A model generated the notes under the pieces. It did not search any database. It worked only from the letters and a program-made list of their open reading frames with translations, and was not told the origin of the DNA. This document shows, piece after piece, positions 53,029 through 61,119 of a DNA stretch of 64,000 bases (position 1 is the stretch's first letter; the number at the start of each line of letters is the position of its first letter). The stretch spans positions 19,631-83,630 of the forward strand of contig CAZASH010000004.1 in NCBI GenBank assembly GCA_964487775.1, given 5' to 3'. The position numbers and the translations under genes are program-made. The DNA is from an uncultured Ruminococcus sp. (GTDB lineage: Bacteria > Bacillota > Clostridia > Oscillospirales > CAG-382).

Positions 53029-54114
53029 ATGCCGGTAAAATATTCAAGCTATTCACGCATATGCATCAACTGTGCCGCCGACAACGGACAAAAGCTCGCG
53101 CCCATAGGCAGAGTCACCTACAAGGACGGCTATTTGCGCCTTCTGTGGTGCAACAGTGGCTTTAAATTCGCGTTCAGGGGCAGCCACATCAATATCGCAC
53201 TGGGCGAGATGAAATACGAGGATCCCGTCTATATCAAGATCACGGTCGACAATACGGTCTATAAGTTTGCCGTTTCGACAGGCAGAGAGCGCCTTATGAT
53301 TGAGGGACTGCACGACGGCGTGCATTATGTGCTCGTCGAGCGCATAACCGAGGGTCTTGTGCCTGTGCTCTTTAAGAGCGTCACGCTTTACGGCGCAAAG
53401 ATCGTCGTCCGCCCGAGCAGGGTGTCGGCGACAAAGCGCATCGAGTTTTTGGGCGATTCGCTCACCTGCGGCTATGGCGTGCTCGCAGAGTCCACCGTTG
53501 CCGAGTACAACACCTATGAAGAGGACAGCACACGCACTGCCGCTTATATGGCAGGAGCTACGTTCAAGGCAGATATACGCACGATATGCCTGTCGGGCAA
53601 GGGCATGGTCTGCAATTGCAACGGCGACCGCTCTGACCATCGCGCGTGCAACTTCTTTAAATATGATGATTTTGACGGCACTATGCATGATTTCAGCACC
53701 TGGCAGCCGGGTCTGCTCGTCATAAACATCGGCACCAACGACGCCTGGGGCGCCGCCACAGAGGAGGAGTACATCGACGAGATGCGCAAGTTTGCACATT
53801 TCGTGCGTGAGGTCTATCCCGACACCAAGGTGCTTTGGCTTTGCGGTATGCTCGGTGCGCAGTATTATAACGAGCCGCTCTGCAATCTCATCAAAGAGCT
53901 CGGCGGCGAGAAGGAGGGCTATTATATGCTCAAATTCGACCCCATCGAGAACCACGACGGCGAGAGAGGCGGCGGAGGTCACCCCAACCTCAGAGCGCAG
54001 ACGAGGTTTTCCAAGGCGCTTATCAGACAGATCCACAGCATAATGAATTGGCCCATCAAGGGCAACAAGGACGAGGTCTGCGATGATCTCGACGACGATA
54101 CCGACGCAGAATAA
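53029..54114 (+). CDS. SGNH/GDSL hydrolase (CE2-like carbohydrate esterase architecture)
   Basis: 361 aa with an N-terminal beta-sandwich-like region, followed by FLGDSLTCGYG (block I), GTND (block III) and a late HP. It has an acidic C-tail. Confidence 0.75.
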   Translation: MPVKYSSYSRICINCAADNGQKLAPIGRVTYKDGYLRLLWCNSGFKFAFRGSHINIALGEMKYEDPVYIKITVDNTVYKFAVSTGRERLMIEGLHDGVHYVLVERITEGLVPVLFKSVTLYGAKIVVRPSRVSATKRIEFLGDSLTCGYGVLAESTVAEYNTYEEDSTRTAAYMAGATFKADIRTICLSGKGMVCNCNGDRSDHRACNFFKYDDFDGTMHDFSTWQPGLLVINIGTNDAWGAATEEEYIDEMRKFAHFVREVYPDTKVLWLCGMLGAQYYNEPLCNLIKELGGEKEGYYMLKFDPIENHDGERGGGGHPNLRAQTRFSKALIRQIHSIMNWPIKGNKDEVCDDLDDDTDAE

Positions 54115-54126
54115 TGCATTTTATGC

Positions 54127-54155
54127 GAGGGCTTCACGCGTGAAGCTCTCGTTTT
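54127..54155 (+). terminator. intrinsic terminator
   Basis: 10-bp stem GAGGGCTTCA / TGAAGCTCTC followed by GTTTT. Confidence 0.65.
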
Positions 54156-54202
54156 GCTTTGGCGTTAATTATAATTGGCAAAAAAAGTTTGTCATTTTCA
54201 GG

Positions 54203-54231
54203 TTGACAACTGCGCCTGTATGCATTAAAAT
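54203..54231 (+). promoter_or_regulatory. sigma-A promoter of the dockerin-protein gene
   Basis: TTGACA, a 17-nt spacer, then TAAAAT. Confidence 0.6.
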
Positions 54232-54288
54232 ACTATATGTATAAGTTTAAGCTATTCAACCGATCAATTGTCCTACGGAGGTGCTTTG

Positions 54289-56124
54289 ATGCGCAGGATT
54301 ATTTCTGTTTTTGCAGCGCTTTTGCTGATAATGTCGATCTATGCCGATCTTGCGCATATTTATGCAGCAGAGCAGGAGGTCGTTTTTAATTTTTCCGATG
54401 CCGTTTCATATGGCGGAACAGCCGCCGACGACGGCGAGCGTATCTATTATGCCGACCCCGACAATAATAATGCACTTACCGTGAGGCTGTACGGCAGCAG
54501 GTTTTCGGCGGTGATATGTCAGATGCCTGCTTCGAGCATCAATATTTCGGGCGGCAGGATATATTTTATCTCCGACGGCGGAATATGGGCGTGCTGCACC
54601 GACGGCTCGGGATTGTCAAAGCTTTATTCCGACGACGGCTTGTCCTGCCTGTATGTCGACGGCAATTATGCATATTTCCTCAGAGGCACGGCTGTATACA
54701 GACTGCGCGGCAGAGATGCGGTCAAGCTTTTCGAGGACGAGCGCATCAGGGCGTTTAAGCCTGTAACCAGCTGTTGCATCGAGTGGTACGCCGACGATCC
54801 CGATTATTATGTCGAGGATTGCGGCGGCGCAAGCACCGATTCTGAATATCTCAAATACCGCTATGATATATCCGAGGGCGTAAGCAAGCTTGTTAAAGAA
54901 GAGATAACCGAGACCACGACAGATTATTCCGGCCCGTATGTCACTGTCGGCAACGCAACATTGCCGCTTGCAGAGCATATGCCGGGTACATATTTCAGCA
55001 AAAACGGACAGGCTTGTACCTGTCATTCAAGACCCGACTGCGTCAGCAATCCGCCCGAATGCAACTGCATGAGATTTTATCCGACAGGCGATGCCGATAC
55101 CTGCGAGATAGATCTGCTGGGCTGCCAGTGCTTTGGCTTTTCAAGACTCGTGTTTTATAAGTGCTTTGGCTTTATCGACCACGATACGGTCAACCCGGGC
55201 ATGAGTTACAGTGTCGGCAGCATCGCAAGAGGCTCGGTCACTGCAAGCACTGTCAAGGAGCTGCTGATGAAATGCAAGCCCGGCGCGCACGTCAGGCTTT
55301 CGTTCGGACACTCGTTCTCGATACTTCAGATGGACGACGACGGAATAACCATCTATCATGGCAACGCAGGCGGCGACGGAGTTATCGCCTCGCCCTGCAT
55401 AGTTTCAACAAGATATATGACCTGGCAGGCGCTCGCTTCCTGGGCTGCCGCAGGCATAGCGTATGTGCGTATGCCGACCGATTATCCGGGCTACGAAACG
55501 ATTTCCGAGCCCAAGCTTCCCGGCTGGTATGTCACCGACAACCTTTTGAACATCCGCAGCGGAGCGGGCACCGAGTTTGACAAGACAGGCAAGCAGTATG
55601 CCTCGGGCACAGTGGTCTATGTCGACGAGGTCGTCGACAACGGCGCAAAGAGCGAGAATAATTGGGGCAAGACCGACCTCGGCTGGCTCTGCCTCGACTA
55701 TTGCACGTTCATAACAGACGGCACCTTGTCGCTTGCTGCCGACAGTGGCTTTAAGCAGACAAAGGACGGCTATGTCTTTTCTGACGATGCTTCGACGGTC
55801 GGCGCGCTTATCAAGGCAGCCAAGGGCTCTTATTTCTCTGTCCGTTCGGCGGACGGCACAAAGCTCGGCAATGACGAAGCACTGCCGACGGGAGCGGTGC
55901 TCACGATAGAATACGGCACAAAAACGCTCTATCAATTTCCTGTTGTGCTGATGGGCGACATCAATTGCAACGCCCGTGTCGATATAGGCGATTATCTGAT
56001 GCTTAAGCGCACATATTACGGCTCTTTGAAGCTTGACGGCGCAGCACTCGTCGCCGCCGACCTTACACAAAACGGCGAGGTTGGCGCTGATGACTGGGCT
56101 CTGATGAAACGCCGATTCTCATAG
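54289..56124 (+). CDS. secreted dockerin-bearing protein: beta-propeller-like repeats + papain-fold Cys-peptidase/amidase-like domain + SH3b
   Basis: Start is ATG 54289 (SD GGAGGTG), with signal peptide MRRIISVFAALLLIMSIYA. It has DUF5050-like repeats (RIYFISDGGIWACCTDGSG) and the Cys/His motifs GCQCFGFSRLVF and GHSFSIL..HGN. An SH3b-like region is LNIRSGAGTEFDKTG...GTVVYV. The C-terminal dockerin is GDINCNARVDIGDYLMLKR...ADLTQNGEVGADDWALMKR. Confidence 0.7.
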   Translation: MRRIISVFAALLLIMSIYADLAHIYAAEQEVVFNFSDAVSYGGTAADDGERIYYADPDNNNALTVRLYGSRFSAVICQMPASSINISGGRIYFISDGGIWACCTDGSGLSKLYSDDGLSCLYVDGNYAYFLRGTAVYRLRGRDAVKLFEDERIRAFKPVTSCCIEWYADDPDYYVEDCGGASTDSEYLKYRYDISEGVSKLVKEEITETTTDYSGPYVTVGNATLPLAEHMPGTYFSKNGQACTCHSRPDCVSNPPECNCMRFYPTGDADTCEIDLLGCQCFGFSRLVFYKCFGFIDHDTVNPGMSYSVGSIARGSVTASTVKELLMKCKPGAHVRLSFGHSFSILQMDDDGITIYHGNAGGDGVIASPCIVSTRYMTWQALASWAAAGIAYVRMPTDYPGYETISEPKLPGWYVTDNLLNIRSGAGTEFDKTGKQYASGTVVYVDEVVDNGAKSENNWGKTDLGWLCLDYCTFITDGTLSLAADSGFKQTKDGYVFSDDASTVGALIKAAKGSYFSVRSADGTKLGNDEALPTGAVLTIEYGTKTLYQFPVVLMGDINCNARVDIGDYLMLKRTYYGSLKLDGAALVAADLTQNGEVGADDWALMKRRFS

Positions 56125-56212
56125 CCCGCTTCCGATGGTAACATAATGCGTTCCGAACACAGGTTTTTGCAAAAAAAGATAGGCTAAAATACACAAATTT
56201 TTGTATACCCAC

Positions 56213-56241
56213 TTTACAACGGCATCAAAATGTGGTATAAA
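56213..56241 (+). promoter_or_regulatory. sigma-A promoter with extended -10
   Basis: TTTACA, a 17-nt spacer ending TGG, then TATAAA. Confidence 0.5.
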
Positions 56242-56293
56242 TAGTCAAGCGTGTATGCATATCATACTCAAATAAAAAAAGGAGATTATTCAA

Positions 56294-58315
56294 ATGAAAA
56301 AACTGATTGCTTTAATGCTTACAGTTCTTATGGCTCTCTCGGTTTGCGTGTTCACCACGGCTGCTGCCGAGCCTAAGATCACCGCTACCGTTACCGATGG
56401 CTCTGTCGAGATCCCTGCTGATCTTTCAAAGCTTATCGACGGTAATGACGGCATGGCTGCAACCGCTTTCAGTGATGCAAGCCTGCTCGCTTTTAAGAAC
56501 ACCGGCTTCGCTCACACCGAGGGCGTTGACGCTGCTGTCTCCGCTACTGTTGAGTTCGTTTATGACCTCGGCGAAGTTAAGTCGCTCAAGGGTCTCTTTA
56601 TGAACTTCTTCAAAGACACCAACAGCATGGTTGCTGTTCCTTCCGTTCACTTCTATGTTTCTGTTGACGGCAAAGATTATTACCACTTCAACGGTGGCAA
56701 CGCAGTTGCTGCAAAGGCAGACGCTGCCGAGACCGCAACCGCAAGCCTCGCCAGCGACGCTACCAGAGCTGTTGTCAGCGTCCGCTACATCAAGGCTGTT
56801 GCAACCTTCAAGAACGGCTGGTTCTTCGCTTCCGAGCTCGGCTATGTTGCTGAAGATGGCGGCGTTGATCCCGCAGGTCCTTATGACTACAACGAGGGCA
56901 CTACCGTTAACACCGGCATCGGCATCATCACCGCTGCGGGCGAATACAAGCTCAACACTCTCGAAGAAGGCCTCAAGTTCAAGAATGCACACATTCTCGT
57001 AGCTGAGAAGGACACCGCTACCGATGCTTACAAGGTAATCTTCAACCACACCAACGCTTGGCCCGACGGTCACGTCGATGCTGACAAGAATGAGCTCGTC
57101 GTCAAACTTACCGAAGGCCAGATCCTTGTTGTCACCAACACCGGCGGCACAGTCGCAAGCGACGCATTCGCTATTCCTAAGTTCATTCAGCGCGGCCTCA
57201 CTATCGGCGATTATGTCGTACTTGATACCGATGCTAAAAAGATTTCTTTCTATCCCTCGACTCACAAGTTCGCTTCTGATGAGCCCGAAGTTCCCGAAGT
57301 TAAGGGCACTATCGCATATTCTTATCACTATGCAGGCGGCGCTTCTGTTATAATCACCAGCGACCTCGGCGCAACTGTCGGCGAAGTTTGCCAGAAGAGC
57401 GCAAAGGGCGAAGTCAAGAACCATGGCTATTGGGATTTCGCAACCTGCGAATGGGATGACGCTGCTAAGGCTTATGTCGTTACCGACATCTCGCTTGGCG
57501 GCGACGGCGTTGATCACACCGATTATCCCATCACCGATAAGGGCTTTGTCCTCGGCGCACACAGCGACGAGACCTCGCTTAAACCCTTTATCCGCAGCCT
57601 CAAGGTTGGCGACAAGGTCTACACCAACGTCAACATTGACAACCTCACCTATGATCAGGCTCTCACCGACGCTTATGTCAGCAACAAGGCGTTCGAAGGC
57701 AGCCACGTATTTGATCCGTATGCTAAGCTTCTCGGCACTCCTCACGTCGATCCCGCTTACACTCTCGTAGTCGGCGGCCCTGAGGATGGCTACAAAGCAG
57801 GCGAAAAGATCACTGTCACCGTTTCTCTTAAGGACGTCACCGACAAGCTCAGCCTGTTCGATTTCAAGCTTTTCTATGATGCAACCAAGGTTACTCCCGT
57901 TGTCAAGAACAACGCTGAGACCAGCAACAAAGAGATGGAAGCATTCATCGTTGCTCCTACCACCTGGGAGATCATCAACTCGCTCGACGAGACCACCGGC
58001 TGCTATAACATCGCTATCTCTGATGTTGCAGGCAAGACTCCCATCGGCAATGACGAGCTCGAAATCAAGATCGAGTTCACTGTCAACGCTGATACTGAAG
58101 GCGACATTCTCTTCTACATCCGTCACGATTTCGAAGACAACAACGCTGCATTCAACGACCTGAGCGAAACCGCAGGCAACGGCAGCTATGTCCTCGTCAG
58201 CCCCTATGTTGAGCCCGTAGTACCCCCCACAGGCGACCTCGGCATGTTCGCAATCGTCGTTCTTGCTATCGTTGCTCTGTTCGGCTCTGCTATCGTTATC
58301 AAGTCCAGAAAGTAA
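56294..58315 (+). CDS. cell-surface protein with C-terminal cohesin-like module and VPPTG sortase-type sorting signal
   Basis: 673 aa with signal peptide MKKLIALMLTVLMALSVCVFTTAAA. The cohesin-like segment is GEKITVTVSLKDVTDKLSLFDFKLFYDATKVTPV. The C-terminus is VPPTGD plus the hydrophobic stretch LGMFAIVVLAIVALFGSAIVI plus KSRK. Confidence 0.7.
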   Translation: MKKLIALMLTVLMALSVCVFTTAAAEPKITATVTDGSVEIPADLSKLIDGNDGMAATAFSDASLLAFKNTGFAHTEGVDAAVSATVEFVYDLGEVKSLKGLFMNFFKDTNSMVAVPSVHFYVSVDGKDYYHFNGGNAVAAKADAAETATASLASDATRAVVSVRYIKAVATFKNGWFFASELGYVAEDGGVDPAGPYDYNEGTTVNTGIGIITAAGEYKLNTLEEGLKFKNAHILVAEKDTATDAYKVIFNHTNAWPDGHVDADKNELVVKLTEGQILVVTNTGGTVASDAFAIPKFIQRGLTIGDYVVLDTDAKKISFYPSTHKFASDEPEVPEVKGTIAYSYHYAGGASVIITSDLGATVGEVCQKSAKGEVKNHGYWDFATCEWDDAAKAYVVTDISLGGDGVDHTDYPITDKGFVLGAHSDETSLKPFIRSLKVGDKVYTNVNIDNLTYDQALTDAYVSNKAFEGSHVFDPYAKLLGTPHVDPAYTLVVGGPEDGYKAGEKITVTVSLKDVTDKLSLFDFKLFYDATKVTPVVKNNAETSNKEMEAFIVAPTTWEIINSLDETTGCYNIAISDVAGKTPIGNDELEIKIEFTVNADTEGDILFYIRHDFEDNNAAFNDLSETAGNGSYVLVSPYVEPVVPPTGDLGMFAIVVLAIVALFGSAIVIKSRK

Positions 58316-58352
58316 TTTCTGTGCCTTTGATCTCGGCATCTGAATAAAAGAC

Positions 58353-58390
58353 CTCCCCTTTGGTTTTAAAAAGCCGAAGGGGAGTTTTTT
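58353..58390 (+). terminator. intrinsic terminator
   Basis: CTCCCCTT...AAGGGGAG stem followed by TTTTTT. Confidence 0.75.
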
Positions 58391-58413
58391 GCTGTTTGAT
58401 TTGATATGTTTGA

Positions 58414-58890
58414 TCAGAGCATTTTTATTGTCTCGATCAATGCGCAGCTGCTGATAGCCAAAACGACGATGACAACGACCCGCCATAATACCGTGACGAG
58501 CCTGTTTGTTTTGACACTGTCGCGGCGCACCATATTCAGCGAAAAGATCGCAAATTCAAAGCCGCAGAATGTCGGGTTTGCCATAAGCACTATGCCGTTG
58601 CTTAATGTCGTGCAAGTAACCACGTTGCCGAACTCTGTGGGGGCGATCGGTGTGGCGGGACCCCGTATCCGGAACGAAACAGAAAACAACAAGACGAGAA
58701 ACCAGATGATATAAAGACATATTCCGTGGATAGTCATCTTGCCCTTATAGGCATCTTCGATGTCACGGCGTGTGTCGAAATCCGACTGACCTATCAATAT
58801 TTTCTGCCATTTTTGTTCTTGACCTCGATATGCCGCTTTAGCAGCAGGTATGAAAGATAGGTTGAATTCAGCCTCGGAGCAGCAGCTCAC
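58414..58890 (-). CDS. hypothetical membrane protein
   Basis: 158-aa ORF, or 107 aa from ATG 58737. It has 3 hydrophobic helices and no recognisable motif, so coding status is uncertain. Confidence 0.35.
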   Translation of the reverse strand: MSCCSEAEFNLSFIPAAKAAYRGQEQKWQKILIGQSDFDTRRDIEDAYKGKMTIHGICLYIIWFLVLLFSVSFRIRGPATPIAPTEFGNVVTCTTLSNGIVLMANPTFCGFEFAIFSLNMVRRDSVKTNRLVTVLWRVVVIVVLAISSCALIETIKML

Positions 58891-59092
58891 CTATGATGAT
58901 AAAGCAGACAACTATGTAATACAACATTTTGCGCCCCACCTGAATGAGTTTGTCTTTCAATGTATATTCTACCATTTCCGAAAAAAGCAATATCAAAACC
59001 AAAACGGCAGAGCAAGTGATATTTACTTTTGCCCTTTGTTATGCTATGATGATTATATGAAAGCATTCGGTAGGAGGACAGAGAGAACAGAA

Positions 59093-59686
59093 ATGAAGAT
59101 CTATGACATTTCGCAGGAGGTATTCGGCTGCGAGGTATATCTGGGCGACCCGGCGCCAAAGCAGAGTGTTCTGTTTTCGACAGAAAAGGGTGATGAATAC
59201 AATCTGACGGCGTTCAGCATGTGCGCACACAACGGCACGCATTTGGATGCTCCGCGGCATTTTATCGGCGACGGCAGGGCTATCGACGAGGTGAGCCTGC
59301 ATTCGTTTGTCGGATCGGCGTATGTTGCGGAAATTGCGGGCGAAGTAACAGCAGACGATGCGAGGAATATCATCAAAAAAGCATCATCGTCAGATCTCGA
59401 GTCTGCAAAGCGCATACTGATCAAGGGCGACGCCGTGGTGTCGCTTGATGCGGCAAGAGTATTTGCCGATGCAAAAATATTGCTGCTCGGCAACGAGTCG
59501 CAGACTGTCGGCCCGATCGATGCCCCTATGCAGGTGCATCTCGAGCTGCTCGGCGCAGGTGTAGTGCTGCTTGAGGGAATACGGCTTGCCGATGTGGGCG
59601 AGGGAACTTATTTTTTGAGCGCCGCACCGCTTAAGCTGGGTGGCTCTGACGGTGCGCCCTGCAGAGCAATATTGATATCCGAATAA
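59093..59686 (+). CDS. cyclase-family protein (arylformamidase/kynurenine-formamidase-like)
   Basis: Start is ATG 59093 (MKIYDISQ). It has the HNGTHLDAPRHF metal-binding motif typical of the putative cyclase family. The upstream part of the track ORF was rejected. Confidence 0.75.
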   Translation: MKIYDISQEVFGCEVYLGDPAPKQSVLFSTEKGDEYNLTAFSMCAHNGTHLDAPRHFIGDGRAIDEVSLHSFVGSAYVAEIAGEVTADDARNIIKKASSSDLESAKRILIKGDAVVSLDAARVFADAKILLLGNESQTVGPIDAPMQVHLELLGAGVVLLEGIRLADVGEGTYFLSAAPLKLGGSDGAPCRAILISE

Positions 59687-59815
59687 TTGGCAGCTCAAAA
59701 TGCGCCGAAAGCGTGCCATAAAAAACAAAATCGCATTAAATTCCCTATACCACTTGACAAGACGACGATTTATTGGTAAAATGCATTGATAATAAAAAGC
59801 AAAGGAGTTATAACC

Positions 59816-60754
59816 ATGCCACTTGTCACAACTACAGAAATGTTCCGCAAGGCATACGAGGGCGGCTATGCCATCGGTGCTTTCAATGTTAACAATATGG
59901 AGATCATCCAGGGTATCACCGAGGCTGCAAAAGAAGAGAATGCACCTCTGATCCTGCAGGTCTCTAAGGGTGCGCGTGCTTATGCAAACCACACCTATCT
60001 CGTAAAGCTCGTTGAGGCTGCTGTTATCGAGTGCCCCAACATTCCCATCGCTCTGCACCTTGACCACGGTCCCGACTTTGAGACCTGCAAGTCCTGCATC
60101 GACGGCGGCTTTACCTCTGTCATGATCGACGGCTCTTCGCTTGATTTCGACGCTAACGTCGAGGTCACCAAAAAGGTCGTTGAGTATGCTCACGCTCACG
60201 GCGTTGTCGTCGAGGGCGAGCTCGGCACTCTCGCAGGTGTCGAGGATGACGTCGTAGTCGAGGACGGCATGTCCAGCTACACCAACCCCGATCAGGTTCA
60301 GGAGTTCGTAGAAAGAACAGGCGTTGATTCGCTTGCTATCGCTATCGGCACCAGCCACGGCGCATACAAATTCAAGCCCGGCCAGAAGCCCCAGCTCCGC
60401 TTCGACATTCTCCAAGAGGTCGAGCGCCGTCTGCCCGGCTTCCCCATCGTTCTGCACGGTGCTTCGAGCGTTATCCCCGAGTATGTTGACATGATCAACG
60501 CTAACGGCGGCAAGATGCCCGACGCTATCGGCATTCCCGAGCCTATGCTTCGTCAGGCAGCTTCGATGGCAGTCTGCAAGATCAACATTGACTCTGACCT
60601 CCGTCTCGCAATGACCGGCACTATCCGTCAGTATTTCAACGAGCATCCCGATCATTTCGACCCCAGACAGTACCTCAAGCCCGCAAGAGCAAACATCAAA
60701 GAGCTCGTTCGCCACAAGCTCGTCGACGTTCTCGGCTGCGCAGGCAGAGCATAA
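59816..60754 (+). CDS. fba: class II fructose-1,6-bisphosphate aldolase
   Basis: Start is ATG 59816 (SD AAAGGAG): MPLVTTTEMFRKAYEGGYAIGAFNVNN. It also has LHLDHG, GELG and IAIGTSHGAYKF. Confidence 0.95.
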   Translation: MPLVTTTEMFRKAYEGGYAIGAFNVNNMEIIQGITEAAKEENAPLILQVSKGARAYANHTYLVKLVEAAVIECPNIPIALHLDHGPDFETCKSCIDGGFTSVMIDGSSLDFDANVEVTKKVVEYAHAHGVVVEGELGTLAGVEDDVVVEDGMSSYTNPDQVQEFVERTGVDSLAIAIGTSHGAYKFKPGQKPQLRFDILQEVERRLPGFPIVLHGASSVIPEYVDMINANGGKMPDAIGIPEPMLRQAASMAVCKINIDSDLRLAMTGTIRQYFNEHPDHFDPRQYLKPARANIKELVRHKLVDVLGCAGRA

Positions 60755-60786
60755 GTCAAAGCATAAGTTAATAGACTTACAGCAAA

Positions 60787-60832
60787 GAGCTGTCACACGC
60801 GGTGTTTCCTCGCATGTGGCAGCTCGTTTTTT
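60787..60832 (+). terminator. intrinsic terminator after fba
   Basis: GAGCTGTCACACGCG...CGCATGTGGCAGCTC stem followed by GTTTTTT. Confidence 0.7.
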
Positions 60833-60894
60833 ATTTGCTTTGGCTTTAATGGACGATATTATTTAAAAAAATCGATGTTTTTTCGCTTGTGCTA

Positions 60895-60923
60895 TTGACA
60901 TTTGCGCTTGCATACAGTATAAT
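60895..60923 (+). promoter_or_regulatory. sigma-A promoter (perfect consensus) of the CNNM/CorC leader
   Basis: TTGACA (60895-900), a 17-nt spacer, then TATAAT (60918-23). Confidence 0.7.
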
Positions 60924-60977
60924 AAATCAACTGCTTAGCAGAATTACGCAGCATGACAAGAGAGGTGAATTTGTATA

Positions 60978-61031
60978 ATGGACGACGGGCCTGCTTTATG
61001 CGACTGTAGACGCCTTTTATACATCTTATAA
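60978..61031 (+). CDS. candidate 17-codon leader peptide
   Basis: The ATG is preceded by GAGAGGTGA at 10-nt spacing. It encodes MDDGPALCDCRRLLYIL, and the stop lies 6 nt before the leader terminator stem. This call is hypothetical. Confidence 0.3.
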   Translation: MDDGPALCDCRRLLYIL

Positions 61032-61036
61032 TTTTT

Positions 61037-61078
61037 AAGCATAGACCCGATTTTCGATGGCGGGGAGCTATGCTTTTT
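61037..61078 (+). terminator. leader (attenuator) terminator upstream of the CNNM/CorC gene
   Basis: AAGCATAGACCCG...CGGGGAGCTATGCTT hairpin followed by TTTTT, 41 nt before the ATG. Confidence 0.6.
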
Positions 61079-61119
61079 GTCGTTATATTGCACTTTTCTA
61101 ATTTATTTACGGAGGACTT

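Noticed and set aside
56426-58486. 686-aa ORF on the reverse strand, one of the longest in the track
   Set aside because: It is exactly antisense to the well-supported 56294-58315 surface-protein gene, which has a signal peptide, cohesin module, sorting signal, SD, promoter and terminator. Its translation is low-complexity (runs of A/V/G/D/S), and it has no SD or signal features. It is a shadow ORF.
59390-60796. 468-aa reverse-strand ORF
   Set aside because: It is antisense to fba and the cyclase gene, both of which have unmistakable motifs. The same reasoning applies to 53053-54036 (antisense to the SGNH hydrolase), 51541-52407 and 51875-52474 (antisense to the P-type ATPase), 28532-29245, 29298-30077 (antisense to serS), 23824-24792, 1561-2247, 2302-2988, 6596-7306 and 37578-38276.
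60950-60970. AAGAGAGGTG in the CNNM leader resembles the 5' block of the SAM-I riboswitch (CAAGAGAGGUGGAGGGA)
   Set aside because: None of the remaining SAM-I conserved blocks or helices follow. The motif is better explained as the SD of the 17-codon leader ORF.
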